From Eledone cirrhosa (lineage: Eukaryota), in the NCBI GenBank assembly GCA_964016885.1, contig CAXHJY010001514.1, forward strand, positions 132,533-196,532: a stretch of 64,000 nucleotides of DNA, written 5' to 3'. Position numbers and translations under genes: made by a program. How positions within the stretch are numbered: the first letter of the stretch is position 1; each line of letters begins with the position of its first letter. A model generated the notes under the pieces. It saw only the letters and a list, made by a program, of their open reading frames with translations, was not told where the DNA came from and made no database searches. Below, in pieces: positions 39,701-54,387 of this stretch.

Positions 39701-41587
39701 TCAACTGTCAGTTGTTATACTATACTAAGGTAGTCAACTGTCAGGTGTTATACTATACTAAGGTTGTCAACTGTCAGGTGTTACACTATACTAAGGTAGT
39801 CAACTGTCAGGTGTTATACTATACTAAGGTAGTCAACTGTTAGGTGTTACACTATACTAAGGTAGTCAACTGTCAGGTGTTACACTATACTAAGGTAGTC
39901 AACTGTCAGGTGTTATACTATACTAAGATAGTCAACTGTCAGGTGTTATACTATACTAAGGTAGTCAACTGTCAGGTGTTATACTATACTAAGGTAGTCA
40001 ACTGTCAGGTGTTACACTATACTAAGGTAGTCAACTGTCAGGTGTTATACTATACTAAGATAGTCAACTGTCAGGTGTTACACTATACTAAGGTAGTCAA
40101 CTGTCAGGTGTTATACTATACTAAGATAGTCAACTGTCAGGTGTTATACTATACTAAGGTTGTCGTCTGTCAGGTGTTATACTATACTAAGGTTGTCGTC
40201 TGTCAGGTGTTATACTATACTAAGATAGTCAACTGTCAGGTGTTATACTATACTAAGATAGTCAACTGTCAGGTGTTATACTATACTAAGGTAGTCAACT
40301 GTCAGGTGTTACACTATACTAAGATAGTCAACTGTCAGGTGTTATACTATACTAAGATAGTCAACTGTCAGGTGTTATACTATACTAAGGTAGTCAACTC
40401 TCAGGTGTTACACTATACTAAGATAGTTAACTGTCAGGTGTTATACTATACTAAGGTAGTCAACTGTCAGGTGTTATACTATACTAAGATAGTCAACTGT
40501 CAGGTGTTATACTATACTAAGGTTGTCGTCTGTCAGGTGTTATACTATACTAAGGTTGTCGTCTGTCAGGTGTTATACTATACTAAGATAGTCAACTGTC
40601 AAGTGTTATACTATACTAAGATAGTCAACTGTCAGGTGTTATACTATACTAAGATAGTCAACTGTCATGTGTTATACTATACTAAGGTAGTCAACTGTCA
40701 GGTGTTATACTATAGTAAGGTAGTCAACTGTCAGGTGTTATACTATACTAAGGTAGTCAACTGTCAAGTGTTACACTATACTAAGGTAGTCAACTGTCAG
40801 GTGTTACACTATACTAAGGTAGTCAACTGTCAGGTGTTATACTATACTAAGATAGTCAACTGTCAGGTGTTATACTATACTAAGGTAGTCAACTGTCAGG
40901 TGTTATACTATACTAAGGTAGTCAACTGTCAGGTGTTATACTATAGTAAGATAGTCAACTGTCAGGTGTTACACTATACTAAGGTAGTCAACTGTCAGGT
41001 GTTACACTATACTAAGGTAGTCAACTGTCAGGTGTTATACTATACTAAGGTAGTCAACTGTCAGGTGTTATACTATACTAAGGTAGTCAACTGTCAGGTG
41101 TTATACTAAATAAGGTAGTCAACTGTCAGGTGTTATACTATACTAAGGTTGTCAACTGTCAGGTGTTACACTATACTAAGGTAGTCAACTGTCAGGTGTT
41201 ATACTATACTAAGGTAGTCATCTGTCAGGTGTTACACTATACTAAGGTAGTCAACTGTCAGGTGTTATACTATACTAAGGTAGTCAACTGTTAGGTGTTA
41301 CACTATACTAAGGTAGTCAACTGTCAGGTGTTATACTATACTAAGGTAGTCAACTGTCAGGTGTTACACTATACTAAGGTAGTCAACTGTCAGGTGTTAC
41401 ACTATACTAAGGTAGTCAACTGTCAGGTGTTATACTATACTAAGGTAGTCAACTGTCAGGTGTTACACTATACTAAGGTAGTCAACTGTCAGGTGTTACA
41501 CTATACTAAGGTAGTCAACTGTCAGGTGTTATACTATACTAAGATAGTCAACTGTCAGGTGTTATACTATAGTAAGGTAGTCAATTC
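36782..41587. repeat. 33-bp minisatellite (actatactaaggtagtcaactgtcaggtgttat), ~145 units
   Basis: direct reading; source of the (YYTKVVNCQVL)n ORFs. Confidence 0.98.
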
Positions 41588-41931
41588 TCGCAATCAGCTT
41601 TGCAACATTTCTTCCAGTTTTTTACCTTCTAAGTTTCAATTTTGTCATGGTCGTCTTTTTCATCTTTCTGAGGTTGATAGAATAAATTACCAGTCAAGTA
41701 CGCTCAGGTAATAAATTACCTTCAAGTACTCTGAGGTCCTAAATTATGGTGAGGGGGGGATAAGTGAGGGTTTTCTGAAAACTAAATAAGCAGGGGGCCA
41801 ATTATTGGAGACCTGAAAGTATTAGTATCAAGTTAACTTTCTCTCCCCCTCCCTTTAGAAACCCTTATATTTCTCTCCCCCTCCTTTTAAAAACCATTAC
41901 ATTTCTCTCTCCCTCCCTTTCTCTTTTGCAG

Positions 41932-42044
41932 TGGTTTGGAATGTGGTAATTGTGTGTTTGACACAAGCCAGTTAAAGAATGTAACAGGTATCAGTTCCAA
42001 CTGTAGTATTCTCAAAGACCAAATTGAACAAGACACAGATATAG
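41932..42044 (+). CDS. trh/NPAS3: trachealess/NPAS3-like exon (end of PAC)
   Basis: long polypyrimidine tract then gcAG; (S)GLECGNCVFDTSQLKNV...; donor GTgggt at 42045; 113 nt, phase 2/1. Confidence 0.85.
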
Positions 42045-42367
42045 GTGGGTAAATATTTTATACCTTTTCTCTTTTTAGAAATCTTTTTGGCTTTGTTTTT
42101 TGGTTGGGGTTTATTTTATTTTATTTTGTTTGATAAATTCAAAGTTGATTGGGAAAGTATAAGAAGAATTTGAAGCATGAATAGAACTTGATCCTTAAGC
42201 ATTTAAACCAGCTATAACTGGCCATTCATACTGATGTTAAGGTATTGTTCTCAAAATAAATAATATCAAAATCTCATAGATTCGATATTATGTGAGGTAA
42301 AGCCTTTACCATGAAACTACAATAGTATATATAGAGTAATGTAAATGCTAAAGGGTTAAAGTTGGTG

Positions 42368-42589
42368 CAACTACAGTTTATAAGACTTGCTGTGAAAATC
42401 TAAACAAATGTGAAAAACATTCTGTTATTTTCTTTACACACAGAAAAATATAAACAATTGCTTTTTTCTATTTACTTGTCTTCTGATGAACAACCAATCA
42501 GCTGTGAAACATGTAAAGACAGTCTCTAGTATTTTTTCTGTGTACAAAAAAAAATGCTTTTCTTGTGTAAGACTTATAAATTATAGTTG
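42368..42589. mobile_element. old foldback element centred on a hammerhead
   Basis: caactacagtttataagactt / aagacttataaattatagttg and acacagaaaaata / tattttttctgtgt inverted arms. Confidence 0.6.
42477..42521 (+). ncRNA. minimal type I hammerhead ribozyme in the last intron
   Basis: tgtctt CTGATGA acaaccaatcagctgt GAAA catg TA aagaca; palindromic stem III ACATGT. Confidence 0.85.
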
Positions 42590-42805
42590 ACTACTTTAGA
42601 ATTGTCTTAGATTTTACGTGGTGGTGGTGTTATATAAAATTGCTATTGTAGTTGTTTTACCTGTTCCAGCCAATGGGATGTGGCCATGCTGCAGTACCAT
42701 TATTAAGATTAACATGAGGAATGGTTTATACTGTCTATTTGAGTTTTTTAAGTATCTATTTGTTTATTTATTTGTTTAATTATTTGTTTGTTTATTTATT
42801 GGCAG

Positions 42806-44247
42806 ACTGTCGAAAAACGAAAGACAAAGGTCATAAAAATGAGAACCCAGGTGGAATGAACTCACAATCCATGAAACCCTCTTCTACAATGTCTGGTAAC
42901 AACCAGAATAATCTAGAAGGTCACCATTATGATAAGCAGACAGTGAATCAAGAATCTGAGGCTCTCTTTACAGGGGTACAATCCAAATTATCCAACAATA
43001 ACAGCGACCAGAGCGAGGTCAGTGACAACTGTGCCATGTTTCTAGAGAAGGGCAATGAATCAATGAAACTCGATAACAAAAACTCAAGGCGTAAAGCAGA
43101 AAAACCAAGAAAGCGTCGGCGAGAGAACGAAACCATTGAAGAGAATTATATGGAAGATGAATTTCTGAGTGAACATAAAGACATGGACAGCAAGATCACA
43201 CGCCTCATCAGTAGCATTGATGATAACAAAAATAATTCAGGGGAGATAAATCATATAAAATCCAATGTAGCTATGTCAATAAGGAACCAAGATAAACTAA
43301 CAACCAATATATCTTCTATACCTGAAGATTTATCAACAAAGTCAGTAACTATAGTCCATTCTCCAGGTCAGACTTCACACTTACCAAATTCAACATCTAA
43401 TAGAGATTGTACATCAGACTGGGCTGTTGAAAGTAACTCTCATGACTTCTCACATCAACACACGTCAGTGAAAGACTTGGAAGATGTAATGAACCGACAC
43501 TTACCAACAATTACAGAGAATCCTGATTCCAACATGAATGGAGAGATGAACAGTCGGTACCAGTCACGTCATAAACCAACTATACAGTGGATTGGATCCC
43601 ATCAGAATGCATCAGATTCTCTTCCAGCTTCAAATCTTCTCAGATCAATTTTTGCTAATCGAGAATCCGTCATTCGAAGCAGCCGTCCTCAGTGTTATAA
43701 TGACATTCCTGTAAGTATGCTAACGCCACCTAGTGGTGATGGAGGTTACAAAGATCCAACAAATGCATCAATGTCATCAATGACAAATGGAAGCAAGGCA
43801 TCTATCAACCATGATACACAATATGTCGCTTCTACATATGCCTCCACTCCACTAACCGTTTCTATGTCATGTAACGCCATGTCGGACTCTTACACTATTA
43901 CTCCCCCATCTTCTGTATCGCCTCAAGATAAACTACACTCACCTTTCACCGATGTCAGCTATGTGGATAGTACAACACAGTGTACAAATCTCCCAGCTGA
44001 CAACCCTGCTATCCAGCGTATACCTGTCAAACCACAAGCTGGATATACATTAACTGTCACCTCACCTCAAAACCTTGACTACGATCATACAAAATCAACA
44101 GGATTCCAAGCTTCTACTCCATACAACCCAACATCCTCAGAGTACAGCCATTATAGTCACATGAACAATGCTAATAATACTCCTTCTTACGACCACAATA
44201 ACCATAGATCTACTGGGCCATGGTACTCTACAGCATACACAAATTAA
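42806..44247 (+). CDS. trh/NPAS3: trachealess/NPAS3-like terminal exon (basic NLS-like patch, C-terminal region)
   Basis: ggcAG acceptor in phase 1 joins ORF 42721-44247; [55 protein letters not shown] resemble invertebrate Trachealess C-terminal motifs; the nine exons sum to 2403 nt (801 codons). Confidence 0.92.
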
Positions 44248-44330
44248 CACCACTCAAACAATACACACGTTTCTTTAACGCTGAATGCAGTACTCTGTTG
44301 ATGAGCTTCCAACTAACATTTCATTATTTT

Positions 44331-44336
44331 AATAAA
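44331..44336 (+). promoter_or_regulatory. candidate polyadenylation signal
   Basis: first AATAAA, 84 nt after the stop codon; AT-rich context makes it weak. Confidence 0.3.
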
Positions 44337-44808
44337 TATGCAATCATATATATATATATACATATATATAAATATACATATATAAATATATACATGTGTA
44401 TATATATATACATGTATATATATATATATATACATGTATACATATATACATGTATATATATATACATGTATACATATATATATATATACATGTATACATA
44501 TATACATGTATAAATATATGCATGTTTAAATGTATACATGTATATATATATACATACAACAACACAAGTACATATTCACATCTATGAGTTTAAACAGATA
44601 TATGTATATCTATGAAGATGTATATGTATCTATATATACGTATATATTTAGACAAACACACACATGGGTATGTGTGTGTGTGTATATATATATATATGTG
44701 TGTTTGTGAGTGTATATAAATAGTTATATATGTATATATAGATAGATATATGTATATTTGTATATATATATATGTGTGTGTATATATATTTGTATATATA
44801 TATATATA

Positions 44809-44915
<107 letters not shown>

Positions 44916-45110
44916 CTCAGTTTTAGAGTAGGTACATTGAGAGGCAAGAGAAAGAATTGGAATCAGGAAGAGTATCCAGTCATAGAACACAATCTTAAGT
45001 TCTCCTAACCAATGATGGAATATATATATATATATATATATAGTGTAGGTAGTACAGTGAAAAACTGGTGTTAGTACCAAATCAACCACTCTATGCACAG
45101 GCAGAGTGTA

Positions 45111-45221
45111 TATAATATAAAAAACAAGAAAGTTTAATTTACATATGAAAAATATTTATTGTGTATCGCGCGTTTCGCAATAAATAGTTTTCATATGTAA
45201 ACAAAACTTTCTCGTCTTTTC

Positions 45222-45228
<7 letters not shown>
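45111..45228. repeat. ~52-bp imperfect inverted repeat
   Basis: tttacatatgaaaaatatttattg / caataaatagttttcatatgtaaa around tatcgcgcgttt. Confidence 0.75.
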
Positions 45229-45272
<44 letters not shown>

Positions 45273-45571
45273 TGTGTGTGTGTGCATGTGTGTGTGTTAC
45301 AAATGTTAAGACAGATGTTTCATAATCACGTTTATTGGATATGTATTTCAGTGACAGCAGTATAGGGCTGTTATGTAATCATTACAGCAGTCTGGACTGG
45401 TGTGACATCATCAGATGTTAACCATTATACGAAGGAGTTGATGTGTTGCAGGCAAACGCTTCCATGTTTGCCAAAGTCCAATATATATATATATATATAC
45501 ACACACTCATATATATACATGCCTGTATATTTGTATATATATTTAAATATATATACCTATATATATACATT

Positions 45572-45617
<46 letters not shown>

Positions 45618-45651
45618 CATTATATATATACATAGATAGATAGAAATACAT

Positions 45652-45694
<43 letters not shown>

Positions 45695-45779
45695 GGGGAT
45701 ACATTATATATATATATATACATTATATTTATATATATATAATATGTATTATATTATATATATATATTATATATAAATG

Positions 45780-45824
<45 letters not shown>

Positions 45825-45856
45825 ATTATATATATATATATTATATATATATATTA

Positions 45857-45937
<81 letters not shown>

Positions 45938-46198
45938 AAATACATTATATATATATATATAAAAATACATTATATTTATATATATTATATATATGTACAT
46001 TATATTTATATATATTATATATATGTATACATTATATTTATATATATTATATATATGTATACATTATATTTATATATATTATATATATGTATACATTATA
46101 TTTATATATATTATATATATGTATACATTATATTTATATATATTATATATATGTATACATTATATTTATATATATTATATATATGTATACATTATATT

Positions 46199-46220
<22 letters not shown>

Positions 46221-46230
<10 letters not shown>

Positions 46231-46372
46231 ATAATATATATTGGTGTTAGGAAGGGCATCCAGCTGTAGAAAACCCGCCAGACAGTCCTATGCGAGCAAG
46301 ATAACCACTCTTGCCTCAAGTGGGAAAACCCTCAGTCCAAACCCATGCAAGCGTGGAACACGGACGTTAAAC

Positions 46373-46403
<31 letters not shown>
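46221..46403 (+). mobile_element. RTE-family 3' UTR fragment with (GAT)n tail
   Basis: matches the reverse complement of 22388-22540. Confidence 0.8.
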
Positions 46404-46448
46404 TACAATATATTAACAAATGGAAACTATATTTATAAAACCATATTT

Positions 46449-46511
46449 ATTTCATTATACATATTTCAAGGACACCATAGCAAATTATGGTGTGCTTTCA
46501 TCAGATAAAAT
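46449..46511 (-). ncRNA. type I hammerhead ribozyme (mirror copy)
   Basis: reverse complement of 46669-46731. Confidence 0.82.
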
Positions 46512-46668
46512 ATAATATAGATCAGTTTTATAAACAAATATTAACATACCCTTAAAGAATGCAACCATTACTGTTGGAAGCTCCCGGACTATCCAGGAGC
46601 TTCCAACAGTAATGGTTGCATTCTTTAAGGGTATGTCAATATTTGTTTATAAAACTGATCTATATTAT

Positions 46669-46731
46669 ATTTTATCTGATGAAAGCACACCATAATTTGC
46701 TATGGTGTCCTTGAAATATGTATAATGAAAT
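46669..46731 (+). ncRNA. type I hammerhead ribozyme
   Basis: attttat CTGATGA aagcacaccata atttgc tatggtgtcctt GAAA tatgta TA atgaaat. Confidence 0.85.
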
Positions 46732-47099
46732 AAATATGGTTTTATAAATATAGTTTCCATTTGTTAATATATTGTATTTTTACTCCAAAAATTTGTTGAG
46801 TGCTTTATATCAGTTATAAAAATATTTGCTTCTTGTATCCCAACAAATTAAATATAACTTCTACATATATATATATATATATTATATATATATGATATGT
46901 AATGTATATATATGTATATATATGATATATATATATAAATGATGATGATGATATCATATATATGTTATATATCATATATCATATATATTATATATATATA
47001 TATTTTATATTATATATATATATTATATATATATATATTATATATATATTATATATATATATAACCCATGGGAGATAGAAGTTAAACGATGATGATGAG

Positions 47100-47130
<31 letters not shown>

Positions 47131-47267
47131 GAGAGAGAGAGAGAGACAGAGAAAAGAGTCAGGACCCTGACGGTTGAGCTCCGTTTCGACAGCTAGATCT
47201 TTGTTATATATATATATTATATATATATATATATATATATTAATATATATATATATATTATATATAT

Positions 47268-47482
47268 GCAGTATTTCCATAGAAAGAGTAAAGGAAGGGA
47301 GAGTGCTCTATGTATACTACAGAGCTATTTAATTATGTAATAAACCATACAATACAATTATTCCATTTACCAAAGGTTTCAAGAAGACAGGTGAGCTCAA
47401 TAGAGAAGTCGGAAATATTTCATCAGAAAGGAAAATTTAATATGGATAACAATATTAAATTTTCTTCTTTATTACATAATTA
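47268..47482 (-). mobile_element. PLE pLTR fragment with hammerhead (47361-47433), related to the 54388 element end
   Basis: ttccttt CTGATGA...GAAA cctttgg TA aatggaa; shares gagtgctctatgt...atacaat.caatta with 54430-54490; 14-nt inverted end 47469-47482. Confidence 0.7.
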
Positions 47483-47808
47483 GATATATATATATATATA
47501 GATATATATATAGATATATATATGGATATATGGATTTATATATCTATATATATATATATATATAGATAGATATATAGTGAGAGAGAGAGAGAGATTTATA
47601 TAGATATATAGATATATATAGATATATATAGATATATATATAGATATATAGTATTAAGGATACTATTTATGGTTATGTATATACTAAAACCTTTTATAGT
47701 TATATATATTTTCAACCCTAAACAGTGAAGGTCAGTAATTTATTACTACCTTATTACCAGTAAGATAAATAGCTCAATGTAATAACATCAGTTGTTCTAC
47801 AGAGCAGT

Positions 47809-48266
47809 TATATAGAATTCACATGAATCAAAGTTCTGTTCAAAGCATTTATTAGCTTACAATTGTTTCATCCAAACCGAGGCTTGGAGTCTTCGGGGCA
47901 TTTTTCAATGTTTGTACACATAATTGACCTCCTTTCCAACACAAGAGACATACAGATACATATGTATATATTGATGCACAGTGGGGTGACATATATTATA
48001 TTATTTTTGAATGGCAATTTAAAAATTAAAATCATATTAAAACAGAATCAAAGCAAAATTAAAATTAAAATACGACATCGGCAGTTAACGTAGATAATGC
48101 AAGAGGATAGTTTGTTAGTCAGTTGTAGTAGTTATTGTATGTGTTAGTTACACGTGGGGCATGCACATGAATAATCATATATAAACAAGACACACGTGCA
48201 TGGATGAAACAATTGTAAGCTAATAAATGGTTTGAACATAACTTTGATTCCTGTGAATTCTATATA
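47809..48266. mobile_element. element with 66-bp inverted ends containing a hammerhead half (probable PLE derivative)
   Basis: arms 47809-47874 and 48201-48266; minus strand CCGAAGA ctccaag...tttggat GAAA caattg TA. Confidence 0.65.
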
Positions 48267-48491
48267 GATATATGTATAGATATATGTATAGATATATAGA
48301 TAGATAGATATAGATATATATATAGATATATATATATAGATATATATATAGATATATATAGATAGATATATATAAATATATATAGATATATATATAGATA
48401 TCTGTATATATATATATATAGAGAGAGAGAGAGATTTATATATATATATATTGATTTATATATATAGAGAGAGATTTATATATATATATAA

Positions 48492-48545
<54 letters not shown>

Positions 48546-49179
48546 TGCAATTTATAAAACCGGTATTTATATCTATATATCTATATATAGATATATATAT
48601 ATATTTATATATATAGATATATATATAGAGAGAGAGAGAGATAATAGTTGTATTGAATGTGAAATGCAGAAACAAATATGAAACCTTAAGTATCTGTTAA
48701 ATCTTAACATCCTGTACCACATGAAGCAGCATTAGCATGACATTCTTGAAGAAAAATAATAATAATAATAAAAAACTCCTCTATGATTGCATTCAAAATG
48801 AAAGTCTTTACTGTAATGTTGTAAATTCCACAATGATCTGTCCACTAGTAGAGATACTCTAAGCATTTAAATTAAGAAATATATTTCTGAAAAGATATTT
48901 TAAACCATTACAGGATGTTCATGGGTGGGGGTTGTTAGGGGATAATAGTGATTATGATGGACAGGTTCAATGTTTAATTTGAGATAAAAGTGGGGGATAT
49001 GGTTTGGGGCTGGGAATAATATGTGGGAGTTAAGGGGTAACTGCATGAAGGTGGCTGGAGAGATGGTGACAAAGATGTACAAGAAAATATAAATTAAGAA
49101 ATAAATTTTCTGAGGGAGTCCTTTATTGTGTCATTGTTTTTATTTTTCCTCCTACAAACAAGATCATTTATATGTATCG

Positions 49180-49217
49180 AAAGAATCGCTGCTTTCACCC
49201 TTCACATTTATTATTAC

Positions 49218-49254
<37 letters not shown>

Positions 49255-49295
49255 CTAGTAATAATAAATGTGAAGGGTGAAAGCAGCGATTCTTT
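49180..49295. repeat. perfect 40-bp inverted repeat enclosing (TA)n
   Basis: 49180-49219 versus 49256-49295. Confidence 0.9.
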
Positions 49296-49320
49296 GCTTG
49301 AAATTTAATCTTTTATTTTA

Positions 49321-49355
<35 letters not shown>

Positions 49356-49554
49356 ATTTAAGTATTGAGAGAGAGCAGAATAGATAAGTGATACATATAG
49401 TTAGTTGCCAATAGCTTGTGCAAATATGCTCAATACTTGTGCCTACAGGGTTAAATATTAGAAGCGTTAATATTTAGCGGGCGAGAAGATAAGCAGAGCG
49501 TTACAAGTGAAATGATTACAAAGGAGAATATACTGTTAAAACATGTTTATATAA

Positions 49555-49597
49555 AAGCACCTACGTACGTTTCGCCCGAAAAGGGCTTCTCAAGGGC
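49555..49597 (-). ncRNA. variant hammerhead (mirror copy)
   Basis: reverse complement of 51222-51264. Confidence 0.7.
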
Positions 49598-51219
49598 ATA
49601 AAAAACTAAAAATTGTTCAGTACATGACCCGAGAGGACTTTTAAGGTTATAATTACATCAATTACATGAGTGATGGCGTAGAAAACCTTCCGCACAATAA
49701 AGGTCACAATACTGGTAACGGTAGCTGCTGTAGTCTACTAGAATTATTCCCTAACTATAAGATTAGCGATGGCCTATTACCAACGCCCTCCAACCGGTGT
49801 TTAGCTACACATAAATGTAACAGATGGAAGGCTCGTGCACCCGAACATAAAGCGAAGGGGACGCATAACTGGCTACAGCACAGTAACAACCATAAGAACG
49901 GTCACCTAGGAAGCACAACCCGTAACAAACACACAGATACGCGGAAATGCCACCATAATGTTCTATGGTTCCATCCTCCCTACTCTCGGAGTGTGGCTTC
50001 CGACCTACCCAGGATATTCTTCGAAGCCTTAGAGAAGAACTTCCTACCCAACCATAAATACAGGAAAATCCTCAATAAGAACAATATTAAAATATCCTTC
50101 TCTACTACTCCTAATCTAGCAGACATCATAGGAACAACTAATCACAGTAAGATCACCAAAACACGGCACCTTAGCACCGATACGTCTAGACCCAACAGCA
50201 GCCCTAATAGCCTTAATGTCTCCCTAGCAGCACCCAATAGTGTTGGCGGCAGCCCCAACAGATGTAACCGACATAACCGAGGCAAGACTGGAGAGTAAGC
50301 TGGTGAACCATACAGGTCACCCACCAGCAACAGAAGGCGCTGCAGCGTGCGGAGTGATAATGGTACTACCCCGCACGCCATAGGATATAATAGTACTAAC
50401 GACCAAGATAGAGACGTAGATAACAACATAGGTAGCAATAGTAAAAGCTTACTTCAGGAACTAGGAGCAACCGCGACCAAAAATGCAACTGTCACAACGG
50501 GGGAAGCTGCCCTCTCAGGGGAAATTGCCTGATTGATAATGTTATATATAGGTGCACCATAACTAGCCATAATAGAGTTAAACATTATATAGGGGCCACC
50601 TCTGGCCAGTTCAAAACTAAATTTCGAACACATCTCCACTCTTTTAGAAACAAAAAACTAAGACAGTCCACGTCACTTGCCAATTACATCACAACATTAA
50701 AAAACGCCAATATCAGCTACTCCACGCACTAGGAAATTGTCGGCAGGGCAGCACCATACAATTTCAAGAGGAAGTGCGAGCTTTTCCTCATGGAACTTTA
50801 CTATATCATAAGAGCACCCCTCATAAACAGCAGAGCAGAATCGGTGATAAAATGCAGGCACTGAATACAGGTGTTTTACTTCGGATGGAAATCAGCTGAG
50901 GCATGAAAACCATAAACTAGGTCCCCCTGCACCAAATCATAACACTCCGGTGGGCAGGCGGCGCAAATAAAAATTGTGAACCAACTATGCATCCGCGACC
51001 ATGCTTAAATCGACAATAGTAAAGCAGCACCCAACAAATAGTAATGGGAAAACACCATCAGGTGAACGGGTAATAAGCAGTTTGGGGACGATTATTCAAA
51101 CACGGCCAGAGTTAATCCCCTTGCTCTGTGGTAAAAACAACACGTGTGTTTGAAGGAAGAATGAACTTTGATGAAATTATAACCTTAAAACCCTTTACGG
51201 GTCATTTTTTTAGTTTTCT

Positions 51220-51264
51220 AGGCCCTTGAGAAGCCCTTTTCGGGCGAAACGTACGTAGGTGCTT
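51220..51264 (+). ncRNA. variant hammerhead with U3:A8 core
   Basis: aggccc TTGAGAA gccc ttttc gggc GAAA cgtacg TA ggtgctt. Confidence 0.72.
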
Positions 51265-51403
51265 TTATATAAACATGTTTTAACGGTATATTCTCCTTTG
51301 TAATCATTTCACGTATATATATATATATATATGTGTGTACATATATATATGTATATATATATATGTATATATATGTATGTATATATATATGTATATATAT
51401 ATG

Positions 51404-51434
<31 letters not shown>

Positions 51435-51444
51435 GTATATATAT

Positions 51445-51980
51445 ATAAACGGAAAAAAATGAAACTAAATTTCATTTCTCACTCTTAGTACGGCTATTAC
51501 TTAAATATAAGTATGTATACGTACATACATATATGTATACAGACGTACAGTTGTATGTATATATATATATATACATACATGCATACATATATATATGTAC
51601 GTATGGATTCACCAAACATTTATTATAATGCTCGGTGTGTTTGTAAACAAACATCCCGAATTAAGCCGTACAGTGTCTAGCAACCATCGTTGCTCGTTTG
51701 TTCAACACTAACAAAGGAACGCTGTACTAGTTTCAAGCTTATTAGCTATCATCAGCAACATTTACCTTCCTGCCAGATGGTTGAATGTCTGAAAGTATAT
51801 ACTTTCCTTATGCATATTAACGGCTGAGCAGCCTAATTTGCATATCGAGTGAGTTAATTGGCCGGGGTACCCAAAACGATAAACGGAAACAATGAAACGA
51901 AATTTCATTTCTCACTCTTAGTACGGCTGTTCGGTGAGTAAATGTTCGGAGAATCCATACGTACATATATATATGTGTGC

Positions 51981-52011
<31 letters not shown>

Positions 52012-52126
52012 CTACTGTACATCTGTATACATATATGTATGTACGTGTACATACTTATATTTAAGTAACAGCCGTACAAAGAGTGAGAAATGAAATTTTG
52101 TTTCATTTTTTCCTTTTATCGTTTTC
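51445..52126 (-). mobile_element. diverged retrozyme-family copy: one 434-bp unit, a partial second unit and an inverted end
   Basis: ataaacggaaa..atgaaac repeats at 51445 and 51879; 51939-52126 is the inverse of 51445-51621; homologous to the 60634-63037 units. Confidence 0.85.
51718..51762 (-). ncRNA. minimal type I hammerhead ribozyme
   Basis: aatgttg CTGATGA tagctaataagctt GAAA ctag TA cagcgtt. Confidence 0.82.
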
Positions 52127-52269
52127 TCTTTATTTGATAGTTTGTAACTAACCTTACATAGATCAATTACTGAGTATAGATACAATGTATTATCATCATC
52201 TAGAAACGATCGTAATGCAGTGAAGTATATCTTTAATGACTTTTTTTCTATTTCATTGTTTTAACTCAT

Positions 52270-54387
<2,118 letters not shown>

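Larger units (their letters stand above)
46404..46864. mobile_element. asymmetric palindromic PLE pLTR with two hammerheads
   Basis: 373-nt palindrome 46404-46776 centred at 46590 (2 mismatches seen) plus 88-nt tail ending at (TA)n. Confidence 0.9.
49351..51312 (+). mobile_element. decayed Penelope-like element (RT C-terminus plus GIY-YIG) with inverted pLTRs
   Basis: VLWFHPPYSRSV...KILNKNNIKISFS; KCNC...CPL..NCLIDNVIY..YIG..CRH at ~50480-50863; inverted arms 49507-49661 and 51168-51312. Confidence 0.88.

Noticed and set aside
36712-41711. (YYTKVVNCQVL)n repeat-protein ORFs
   Set aside because: 33-bp intronic minisatellite with scattered stops and no splice or start context
42721-42805. N-terminal part of the 508-aa ORF as a standalone gene start
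   Set aside because: Low-complexity intronic T-rich sequence upstream of the acceptor at 42805
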